This document shows, in pieces, positions 11,501-16,840 of a stretch of 55,051 nucleotides of DNA (position 1 is its first letter; every line of letters begins with the position of its first letter). A program made the position numbers and the translations under genes. The stretch is taken from IMG/VR virus record IMGVR_UViG_3300044262_000024, positions 1 through 55,051 of that record. One strand, given 5' to 3'. The notes beneath the pieces are model-generated. The model was given only the letters and a program-made list of their open reading frames with translations. It was not told where the DNA came from and searched no databases. The stretch comes from a virus (lineage: Duplodnaviria > Caudoviricetes).

Positions 11501-14404
11501 CTGAAAGATGCGCAAAAGTACATTGATAGGCTTATCGCAGACAACCCTGACGATCCCGACACCCGTTTCGCCAAAACCACACAACAGACCCCGCCACCCG
11601 GCGGGGTTTCTGCTTCTGGACGCCAGAATGCGCTGCCTGGAATGCAAGTCGCCTCCCCGGCAGCGCCGACGATCCAGCCGCCGCTCGGCCTGTCGGGTGG
11701 GCTCAGTGGCAGCCAGGCGTCATGGTCGGAGCCGATTGATTCAGCATTCGATGATTTCCTCTACAAGTGGCAGGACAAGCACGTCGACACCCGGCGCGTG
11801 GTGCAAGCCGTCAGGGATGCCGCCGGACAGCTTGCCGACAAATGGAACCCCTATCTGCAGGAAGAGCTTTTCCACGGTCGCGCCGCCAAGCACACACTCG
11901 ATTTTGTTGACCGCGAACTGAAGCCGCTGGTGGTGATGATGCGGCTGCGCGAGCTGTCGATGGACGACATCGACCAATATTTGTGGGCACGCCACGCCAA
12001 GGAGGCCAACGCGCTGATTGCAAGCCGCGACCCGAGCATGCCTGACGGCGGCTCTGGCATGACGGATGCCGATGCCAATGCCTACTTCGCCGCACTCGAC
12101 CCAGCCAAGCAAAAACGCTTGGAGGACACCGCCAAGGCCGTCGACGAGATCATCGCCAGGACGCGCCAGATGTACGCCGAATACGGGCTTGTGTCGCAGG
12201 ACACCGTGGACGGCTGGATGGATATGTTCCAGCACTACGTCCCGCTGATGCGCGAGGACAGCGACGGCGCCATGGGAATCGGGCAGGGCTTCTCGATCAA
12301 AGGCAAGGAGGTCAAGCACCGCACCGGCTCCGGTCGCAAGGTGGTCGACATCCTGGCCAACATCGCCCTGCAGCGCGAGAAGGTCGTCGTGCGCGGCGAG
12401 AAGAACCGAGTGGTGCTGGCGCTGGCTGGGCTGGCGAAGCTGAATCCGAACCCGGATTTCTGGAGCTTCGATAAGGTTCCGACCGAGCGGGTGCTGAACG
12501 AGAAGACCGGGCTGGTCGAGGACCGTCAGGATCCGATGTTCAAGAGCCGCCCCAACGTGTTGGTCGCCAAGATCAAGGGCAGGAGCGGGCAGGTTGAAGA
12601 GCGCGCAATCGTGTTCAACGATGCAAACGAGCGCGCCTTGCGCATGGCGGAGTCGCTGAAGAATCTCGACGTCGGCGCGCTGGAGGGTGTGATGGGCGTG
12701 TCGGCGGTGATTACCCGCTACTTTGCCTCGGTCAACACGCAATACAACCCGGTGTTCGGCTTCGTCAACCTGACGCGCGACGTGCAGGGCGCGATGCTGA
12801 ACCTGAGTTCGACGCCGCTGAAGGGAAAGAAGCTGGACGTGCTGGCGCACACCTTCACCGCGCTGCCTGGCATCTACCGCGATGCGCGCGCCGAGCGCAA
12901 AGGCGGCGTCGGAACGTCGAATTGGGCGCTGCTGTGGGGGCAGTTCACCCGTGAGGGTGGACAGACAGGCTACCGCGACCTGTACCGCAATAGCGCCGAC
13001 CGCGCGAAGGCCATCCATCACATGCTCGATCCGGCCGCCTGGATGAATAGCGGATGGGGCAAGGTGTTCACAGCAGGCGGGGCGCTCAAGGTGCCTCTAA
13101 CAGTGGCGCAGAAACTGGCCACCCCTCTGTTCAACTGGCTGTCGGACTTCAACCTGACGATGGAGAACGCGGTACGGCTGTCGGCCTACAAGGTGGCGAT
13201 CGACCAAGGTATGAGCCAACAGCAGGCGGCAAGCCTGGCCAAGAACCTGACCGTCAACTTCAACCGCAAGGGGCAGGTGACGCAGCAGGTCGGCGCGCTG
13301 TACGCCTTCTTCAACGCCAGCATGCAGGGATCGGCGCGATTGGCCGAGACGCTGGGCAAGATGGACCGGCCCGGCGACATCAAGAGCATGCGCCTGTCGC
13401 GCGCCGGCGCGGCCATCGTCGGCGGCGGCGTGCTGATTGGGGTGATGCAGGCGGTACTGCTGGCGTCTGCAGGCTACGAAGACGACGAGCCGCCCGAGTT
13501 CATTCGTGAGCGCAACCTGATCATGCCGCTGGGTTGGCTGACCGGCAAGAAGGATCACCTGATGATTCCGATGCCGCTGGGCTACCACGTCTTCCCCAAC
13601 ATCGGCCGCATTCTGGCCGAAACCGCCATCCGTGGCGGCGAAGGTGCGGCCGATCGCGTCATTGACATGATCAGCATCGTGGCCGGCGCATTCAACCCGT
13701 TCGGAGGCGGCGGGGTCAATCTGCAGACGATCATGCCGACCGCGTTGGACCCGCTGGCCGCGCTCGCCGAAAACAAGGACTGGACCGGCAAGCCGATCTA
13801 CCGCGATGGATTCGGCAGCAACGAGACGCCCGGATTCGCCCGCACCAAGGACACCGCCAGCAGCTATGCGAAAGCTTTGGCCGAGGGAATCAACAGCGTC
13901 ACTGGCGGGACCGAGTACACGGCAGGCCGGTTCAGCCCAACCCCTGACCAGATCGACTATCTGGTGGCTCAGGTCACGGGCGGCGTAGGCCGCGAACTTG
14001 GCAAGGCTGAACAGAGCATCACCGCGACGATGACCGGTGAGGAACTTCCGCCGCACAAGGTTCCGCTGCTGGGGCGCTACTACGGCAGCAACGAAGGCGC
14101 ATCAGGCCAGTCGGACCGCTTCTACGCCAACCTCAAGGAGGCTAACCGGCATGAAGCCGAGATCAAGGGGCGGAGGCGCAACCATGAGCCGGTCGGCGAA
14201 TACCTCGACACACATCCTGACGCGCAGCGCTTTGCCAGCATGGGAAATCGCGCCGAGCGCCGCATCAAGGCGCTGCGCGAGCAGAAACGCAAGCTGGTAA
14301 AGGAAGGCGCGTCGCGCGTCGAGATCATCAGCATCGAGGCTGAAATCGCCACGCGCATGCGTGAGTACAACGACGACTTCCGTACGGCGAAGGATGGTCA
14401 GTAA
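2549..14404 (+). CDS. Giant DarB-like polyvalent virion protein: N6-adenine methyltransferase, zincin-like HExxGH motif, LPD38-like C-terminus; SNF2 helicase apparently missing
   Basis: 3951 aa. MTase motifs VLEPSVGVGNFFG (~8640) and GNPPFG (~8845); DarB-type KTKARNNIAAIRL..YVGWGG; IFHEAYGHLG (~10875); C-terminal IPMPLGY/ENKDWTGKPI. Confidence 0.85.
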   Translation: MAKKWGDVAASAEFKALSGDEQEAARNEYFNTVIAPQLPESDVKFARGQFDDDTKPTFFDGVKELAAQAKDNIVSAFTDPLGKGSEAERPVTQMVDADRAASGAPRAATPKEAPPVSPVSLSDDLLQSAKAPQADMETLRTEGFAAASAKLRGEQDAKANAPLREPARKMLDDRTAGDVAHDYAVSLNKGIGQTVEMGGTIYGLISGDMDNTVRKTGEHYVKRSEAKLSPFRQQEIADQRQKLKTIEEEAGQSAAFFVALADSLVDPMKLVEQLPQLAVGGGAGKVVGGAVGKAAAKHGTTAAVGTTVAANAAMEGADPAGDAYDRMMALPDELWQQSDAYQAELAKTGDAQAAKHAVSLSSARKLAGVAGGIALGAAFLPGGRTIDNLLVDGVQGVGGRARRAGVGAAGESGGEALQEGGGAAGANLAVQQIDPSQQVMEGVGAAAGEGAGVGGPMGAAAGFASTPQQEDAAPTEADYREAVQRAFPRTSARDAEAAPVEQPPQETRTQKIKREIEARKAALRAEIGMPEQPKPAMPADELDQDQLLEDLNTEQGAADGAARRRPAEMAQGGGEGRGDLGAQGIPAAVVSGSGNGVDTPAGVATPGGGSDLAAGTAAGGADAVAQGVGFKEAFDSLTEGGTTADLYRKAFDSLSSGKSTIAGVKDPILARAKPAFDAGLIKSPDDIRNFEQSGYPNAKPAAIDDAAHQAATSPTDTLQNTQETQSVADAMVVGSDRSGDRPKRVSGIEQADGFGDIPKDGPQSGRANTTTLEGLSESAIGGSNLPRDVLRAHAASGKSFGSLDVPGQRRVLDSVRALIDDDKVFGSVVQSVPVDVMNQLAGSELAAKQALDDKAMFIDALSSGRNGLDVRSRAVDALVRSPAFAAAVHASPLGAGRSAETDGSTEQAGDGNGHTEQAITRETKLQPTNGKDQPSGAPALSIGSTPNNAEPITVKNGVVHVGKYPAMHFESGADVTVPAGADNAAIAQALRDAGVLSSRQRIYGLPKATKHKYDLPPSTVIPDEPAEIPQPSRAQQIKQQDTKARNKRAAKSILTADDLSAQSRKTFIKAIKDMGGIKVEEARDVSGEPAHIANRMAPGLFRKEGNVLDLIARRLNELGYLSDADYNDVDGGVQSVRDLIGQALSGEAVMTTAEQERYRELVAKEQELAEAMPARNEALADMVEAEATQDDDGLDLDALPTMSEADAMRAMGFSEEEINGTANGTQDEDSQTAQGAAEVGAAEGAATGAGEAGQAGFALEGQSPADVKAAEAKKQADAEEKAKSDAAAEAKAKADAERDSFTLAGSDRAADANPNQADIFGQPVQENPASTEREQQTSDELSPLTKAMNDLADVRQRIEDQGRVADDRLLERERQLRKMVKELERAAKPNKLDAAAASIDEELDAALNDLADALKKQSGQLNSGVDPAILALGVKVGSLYVAKGVVKFAQYSRAIIDALKSRGVDAEQIKPLLKQFYAATKQTVDDATFEQMDDDRAVRGFDLESLNDEPVAEAKTEAEQETKQPTTLDEFIGNVDAGYKAHFDYAGVDGRTVWIEKTAQGWVMKSKDDGRSSVITKGGARPWSKGDALDAAERDAEYRFTKWKPLADEAPSPVAMPEANPLHAEADALGITVGSKTDAQLRAQIDYAKAGAAPVEDAPAEKIVGDKLETNLPEVEHVTGKGKTLAGVVTKTLTKDQAAAVDKFTFRKDGGYFIRMKHVVRPGVAEQTRAGTIASEVKAVGMRVIVNSDSRSFYEGEADFNAGKPRVLPSYYTETTGKNAKDWYRGWDAANVAAPVSGATLNAEANNDAEHSRIPEQARPAAGDDQADRGDGRGGEPGSRPLGGGVAEADARLGEGGGAVAGREGAGGTGSAGSGLRGAESVGRGNREPSDVRDRPERAAADDVSLPSEPRADFVVGDDTAEAISEGGQKTKARNNIAAIRLVKKLAAEDRRATMDEQKALARYVGWGGIKQIFDDGKTEWGALRDELKALLTAEEYAAANRSILDAHFTSMDVVTGMWGAAKHLGFHGGRVLEPSVGVGNFFGAMPQDVRANSTLFGVELDNITGQIAKYLYPNATIATPSGFQDIEFPSGSFDFATGNPPFGEQSLYDRAHPEFRSFSIHQFFFAKALDKVRPGGILQMVVSRYLMDSRDAAGYKAREYLAQHARLLGAIRLPYNAFLSNANTEVVTDIIFLQKLEEGEVGNPEAWTDMADVETVHPKTGEKFSFSVNRYFADHPEMVVGTHAPTGKMRQANQYNVEPPDMPLALAIGQAVANLPRDVYRAAGKPLAELASADATVPEGTKVYGYYLDGETIMQRLPDSAGQRQARAIEFKDGMAPKRAARMIQIRDTLRSLMRLELSEEATDGHIKVMRATLNEQYDAFRKTFGYINQPSNRRAFADDPDLPLLESLEPKFDPGLGSEAAKKRGEPARKPSAEKADIFSKRVLQPQHEVKSLEAQQYGHLQSNVAMQDRLAMYQRAPQKMREQLEWVLPFKEAAAAHPAKPFSYTTANGKAIDDIKNVATPITEAFVLAAKGKAGEDVTAGEYRGMKIRFQRVHGSITVVMLKGEHSLFVGDYTMDDKFSPSGLFTRIENAISKLDEREKEVRAEADRRLAEIPKLEAEIAKPFAKEADLKAARQKHRETVSKLAKAGGGVELSPEMKEDLKLALVQRMLEGRNASGDTSFGFVEAAGGFTPILQRELDNVIKRVSARWERPKGFEGGRITAVDTPAGLPVSILRAAAAQNIPQDEIKGVLHNGHVYLVRENLKDAADAELTIFHEAYGHLGARLYFGPDAKAVERAMLSIWRRVGDLDGVRNMAERFGVLRDVEPYIKALATADMSPIAKQKIIVDELLAHVAGRGDFTLAEQLKAYVGALRIALRNAAKAMGLDRLAESISRFTDSELLWTLKGMRDAVVSGKTGKGDGTLFARAGQTETEASKKPKKISDSTYSYRGFRIKKDVSPSSTGWSNTYTIRNDGKKVSVDTLKDAQKYIDRLIADNPDDPDTRFAKTTQQTPPPGGVSASGRQNALPGMQVASPAAPTIQPPLGLSGGLSGSQASWSEPIDSAFDDFLYKWQDKHVDTRRVVQAVRDAAGQLADKWNPYLQEELFHGRAAKHTLDFVDRELKPLVVMMRLRELSMDDIDQYLWARHAKEANALIASRDPSMPDGGSGMTDADANAYFAALDPAKQKRLEDTAKAVDEIIARTRQMYAEYGLVSQDTVDGWMDMFQHYVPLMREDSDGAMGIGQGFSIKGKEVKHRTGSGRKVVDILANIALQREKVVVRGEKNRVVLALAGLAKLNPNPDFWSFDKVPTERVLNEKTGLVEDRQDPMFKSRPNVLVAKIKGRSGQVEERAIVFNDANERALRMAESLKNLDVGALEGVMGVSAVITRYFASVNTQYNPVFGFVNLTRDVQGAMLNLSSTPLKGKKLDVLAHTFTALPGIYRDARAERKGGVGTSNWALLWGQFTREGGQTGYRDLYRNSADRAKAIHHMLDPAAWMNSGWGKVFTAGGALKVPLTVAQKLATPLFNWLSDFNLTMENAVRLSAYKVAIDQGMSQQQAASLAKNLTVNFNRKGQVTQQVGALYAFFNASMQGSARLAETLGKMDRPGDIKSMRLSRAGAAIVGGGVLIGVMQAVLLASAGYEDDEPPEFIRERNLIMPLGWLTGKKDHLMIPMPLGYHVFPNIGRILAETAIRGGEGAADRVIDMISIVAGAFNPFGGGGVNLQTIMPTALDPLAALAENKDWTGKPIYRDGFGSNETPGFARTKDTASSYAKALAEGINSVTGGTEYTAGRFSPTPDQIDYLVAQVTGGVGRELGKAEQSITATMTGEELPPHKVPLLGRYYGSNEGASGQSDRFYANLKEANRHEAEIKGRRRNHEPVGEYLDTHPDAQRFASMGNRAERRIKALREQKRKLVKEGASRVEIISIEAEIATRMREYNDDFRTAKDGQ
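4224..4421 (+). CDS. Overprinted 65-aa protein in the +1 frame of the giant gene
   Basis: Purine-rich SD (AGGGGG) before ATG; globular-looking Trp/Leu-rich sequence while the main frame is a low-complexity Gly/Ala linker. Confidence 0.55.
   Translation: MAQRDADLPKWLKAAVKAGAISEPKAFLLLWYQDQEMEWIPLPESLHPAAEAIWLLELPPAGPMQ
4700..5290 (-). CDS. HNH homing endonuclease with Zn-finger and C-terminal HTH repeats, wholly antisense inside the giant gene
   Basis: CLFCG..YCSRKC; YEHRLVV..LGRKL..ELVHHIDGNGLNNRPENL; likely start MPVAIT at 5290. Confidence 0.85.
   Translation of the reverse strand: MPVAITCLFCGAVSFRTPSRAKWGRMYCSRKCRTAHQRIDRSTPYIETVSPTGERVYEHRLVVQRLLGRKLRPGELVHHIDGNGLNNRPENLIVVDQRAHRIEHSSLSWDIERAKALAAGGMRTQDIAREVGTTYRTLAQAFQRRGIRTTALRPVFWDVAEAVRLFNTGHSLRSIAAAVGTNHHCVGNRLRLLGIL
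6204..6350 (+). CDS. Overprinted 48-aa basic helical protein in the +1 frame (below the ORF-track cutoff)
   Basis: GAGGAAGAG before ATG; MGQPTERRTKILKRLKALPKSERLKVLQLALVKRAKRALLLKAKARQT; GC3-rich codons in this frame. Confidence 0.5.
   Translation: MGQPTERRTKILKRLKALPKSERLKVLQLALVKRAKRALLLKAKARQT
7968..8261 (+). CDS. Overprinted 97-aa protein in the +1 frame, immediately before the MTase domain
   Basis: Strong SD GGAGG (7957-7961); globular sequence (VADRWAGAWPKQTRALEKAG); main frame here is R/G/D-rich disorder. Confidence 0.7.
   Translation: MMPNTHEFLNKHVLQPETIKQIEAMGEVASQVADRWAGAWPKQTRALEKAGALLQAVKEQAELEAQAVAYEAQNPWVGGIESRQMFGIDLNAPPPTT
11588..11617 (+). terminator. Terminator-like hairpin inside the giant ORF
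   Basis: ACCCCGCC-accc-GGCGGGGT followed by TTCTGCTTCT. Confidence 0.35.
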
Positions 14405-14559
14405 AGGGCCGCGACGGTGCAGCTGGTAGCGGAGAACAGGACGGCGCCGAGCATGAACAGCCAGGACAGCCCGAGCAGGATTTGCATCATGTCCTGCGGT
14501 GCCACGGCAAGCAGTGCCAGAAAACCAAGGTAGACGACGATCAGGACGAGTTCGCTCAT
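14398..14559 (-). CDS. 53-aa two-TM membrane protein, convergent with the giant gene
   Basis: MSELVLIVVYLGFLALLAVAPQDMMQILLGLSWLFMLGAVLFSATSCTVAALY; AGGATGAG upstream; not in the ORF track. Confidence 0.6.
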   Translation of the reverse strand: MSELVLIVVYLGFLALLAVAPQDMMQILLGLSWLFMLGAVLFSATSCTVAALY

Positions 14560-14594
14560 CGGCTCATCCTAGCACTTCTTTGAAGGGAGTCACG

Positions 14595-14864
14595 GTGAAA
14601 AACATCTATCAGGCGGTACTGGACGATGCCGACGAGAAGCGTCGCCGCCTGTTTGGCGGCTACGAGCCGTCGCCGGAGTTGGTGGAGAAGGTGAAGCGGT
14701 ACCTGCGCGAGCGCGAGGAACGCAGGGCTATGGAGCAGTTGGGCAAACCAAAGGAGAGAGGGAATCATGTCGGACCATGTAACAGTACAACTCGGGAACG
14801 CGGTGGCCGAGAAAAGCGGGGTGGTGGGGACTGTATCGGGGGCAGCGATGGCGACGGCCGGTAG
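14595..14864 (+). CDS. Hypothetical protein (GTG start)
   Basis: GAAGGGAG SD before GTG; charged helical N-half; 3' end overlaps the next gene. Confidence 0.4.
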   Translation: MKNIYQAVLDDADEKRRRLFGGYEPSPELVEKVKRYLREREERRAMEQLGKPKERGNHVGPCNSTTRERGGREKRGGGDCIGGSDGDGR

Positions 14865-15033
14865 CTTCACCGTCAACGACTGGCTTGCTGTCGGTGGCTT
14901 CATGCTGGCGATGGTTTCGGTGGCGTTCCAAATGTGGGCGACATGGTTCTTCAGGACGAGGCACCTTAGAATCGCAGAGGCTCGCCTGGCCGCAGACCTG
15001 AAAGACGCGGGTGACGACGATGGCGAGTCTTGA
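14767..15033 (+). CDS. Holin/antiholin-like membrane protein
   Basis: 88 aa with hydrophobic segments and a charged C-terminus, at the start of the lysis cassette. Confidence 0.6.
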   Translation: MSDHVTVQLGNAVAEKSGVVGTVSGAAMATAGSFTVNDWLAVGGFMLAMVSVAFQMWATWFFRTRHLRIAEARLAADLKDAGDDDGES

Positions 15034-15202
15034 TACGAGATTTAGGTCCCGCAAGTTCATTGTGGCGCTGCTGTCGCTGGCCAGTGCTACCGCCCTTTGT
15101 GCCACGGGCAACATCGCGGACGGCGTGTATTCCGCCGTCGTCATCGCAACCGTTGGCGCTTACATGACGGCCAACGTCACGCAGAAAGCGACTTCCAAAT
15201 GA
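15020..15202 (+). CDS. Small two-TM holin-like protein
   Basis: SRKFIVALL.. plus a second hydrophobic helix, directly upstream of the endolysin. Confidence 0.6.
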   Translation: MASLDTRFRSRKFIVALLSLASATALCATGNIADGVYSAVVIATVGAYMTANVTQKATSK

Positions 15203-15720
15203 GCCGTCTAAGAATCGCGATCGCCGCGCTGTCGTTTTCCGCCGCCGGGCTGGTGGCATGGACGACGAATGAAGGGTGGGAGCCGATAGCCCGTCAACCC
15301 GTGCCAGGCGATCCATGCACCAATGGTTTCGGCAACACACACGGGGTTAAATGTGGCGACATGGTTGACCCGGTAACGGCCTTGCAAGTCGCACAGCGCA
15401 ACGTATCCGTAAGGTTCGAGCCTGCCATCAAAAGGTGCCTCAATCCTGGTGTGATGCTGACACAGTCGGAATACGACGTTTATGTGGATTTCACCGGCAA
15501 TGTGGGGCCGGGCAATTTCTGTGGCAGCACGATGGCCGGACTGGTGAACGCCGGCCTGTATGCCGACGCCTGCCGCCAGTTTCCGCGCTGGAAGTATGTG
15601 CAAGGCAAAGACTGCACTGTTCCAGCAAACAAGTGTGGCGGCATTCCGAAGCGCCGAGACGCCGCCATGCGCTGTTGCCTGAACGACGATTGCGCTGATT
15701 TCTACAGGATCACGAAATGA
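15199..15720 (+). CDS. SAR-type endolysin (GH24 lysozyme)
   Basis: Weakly hydrophobic N-terminal SAR segment, then EG..D.CT.GFG.T catalytic pattern, NVG..F..ST and GI.KRR. Confidence 0.88.
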   Translation: MSRLRIAIAALSFSAAGLVAWTTNEGWEPIARQPVPGDPCTNGFGNTHGVKCGDMVDPVTALQVAQRNVSVRFEPAIKRCLNPGVMLTQSEYDVYVDFTGNVGPGNFCGSTMAGLVNAGLYADACRQFPRWKYVQGKDCTVPANKCGGIPKRRDAAMRCCLNDDCADFYRITK

Positions 15721-16250
15721 ACCGCGTCTCGCTGGCCCTTGCCGGAATCATCATCGCCTTGCTGGCCGCCGCCTGGACATTCTGGCCGCGCGAGAAGGTT
15801 CAGGTCGGTGTGTCGGCGCCGCTGCCGCCCGCCAAGGAGGCGAAGGGCGAGCCAAAGACGCCCATCCACCCGAAGGCCGTCAATGCCTACCCGGATAAGG
15901 TCAAGGCCAAACTGAGCCTGCCCGACGCCGTAGTAAAGGATCCTGCCCAAAAGTTAATCGGCACCGGAAGGCTGGACGCCGAGGACCGGGCCTATACCTT
16001 GTCGACCACGCTGGACACCCAGACTGGCGAGGCCCAACTATACGCCCGCCCGGATCCGCTGCCATGGATCGGGCCGGGCAAGCGCGGAGCGGTCGGAATC
16101 GCTTACGGGGCGGGCGATGTGGGAATAAGGACGAAAGCTTACGCTTATCACGACCTGCTCCAAGCGAAAGCCTTGCATGCCGGAGTGCGCGCCGAGATTG
16201 ACCAGCGCGGCGGCTGGTGGGGCGGAGCATACGTCGAGTACCGTTTCTGA
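15717..16250 (+). CDS. Spanin-position protein with N-terminal TM and C-terminal outer-membrane beta-signal
   Basis: Follows the endolysin; N-terminal hydrophobic helix without a lipobox Cys; ends GGAYVEYRF. Confidence 0.55.
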   Translation: MNRVSLALAGIIIALLAAAWTFWPREKVQVGVSAPLPPAKEAKGEPKTPIHPKAVNAYPDKVKAKLSLPDAVVKDPAQKLIGTGRLDAEDRAYTLSTTLDTQTGEAQLYARPDPLPWIGPGKRGAVGIAYGAGDVGIRTKAYAYHDLLQAKALHAGVRAEIDQRGGWWGGAYVEYRF

Positions 16251-16251
16251 C

Positions 16252-16620
16252 ATGGGGAAGCTGTCTCAAGTTCTCCGTAATGTTGAAGGCGACGGGTTGA
16301 TGTTCTGGTGTCCGGGCTGCGACGGCGCGCACATGATCCGCCACGGCGACGGGCCCGGACCTCGTTGGGCGTGGAGCGGCAACGCCGAAAAACCGACATT
16401 CTCGCCGTCGATCCTGGTGCGGGGAACGGAAATCACTCCCAAAGGGCGCGCCGATCTCGATGCGTGGCGCGCTGCTGGCTGTCCGCGTCCGGCGCCAGAG
16501 CTGGAAACCGTGCCAACGGTCTGCCATTCCTTTGTGACGGACGGGCGGATACAGTTCCTGAACGACTGCACACACAGCCTTGCAGGCCAGACGATAGACC
16601 TGCCGCCATTCGACGAATAG
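16252..16620 (+). CDS. Cys/His-rich conserved phage protein (DUF6527-like)
   Basis: FWCPGC..H..W.WSG..PTFSPSIL..CHSFVTDG.IQFL.DC.H.LAGQT. Confidence 0.7.
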   Translation: MGKLSQVLRNVEGDGLMFWCPGCDGAHMIRHGDGPGPRWAWSGNAEKPTFSPSILVRGTEITPKGRADLDAWRAAGCPRPAPELETVPTVCHSFVTDGRIQFLNDCTHSLAGQTIDLPPFDE

Positions 16621-16624
16621 CAGC

Positions 16625-16819
16625 ATGATCCGCGTGTCATGCCGGGCTGGACTGGTGCTCCGCAAGTTGCTGGACACGAAAGAAGAAGACGCGGCCATTG
16701 AAACAGTGAAGGCGCGCATGAAGGCAGCGGCAATGCAGATCGCGCTCGACCTACAGCGTGACGGCTATCGTGTCGACCTCGATGTGGCCTATCTGGTGGC
16801 GTTTGAAGAAGGGGAATGA
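16625..16819 (+). CDS. Hypothetical protein
   Basis: 64-aa ORF filling the gap before the integrase. Confidence 0.45.
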   Translation: MIRVSCRAGLVLRKLLDTKEEDAAIETVKARMKAAAMQIALDLQRDGYRVDLDVAYLVAFEEGE

Positions 16820-16840
16820 CCGTCCTGCTAAACTGGCAGG

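Noticed and set aside
1130-14056. Long minus-strand ORFs (1130-2128, 3233-4297, 5561-6808, 11741-13021, 13097-14056)
   Set aside because: Typical GC-rich antisense shadows with no motifs, unlike the HNH at 4700-5290
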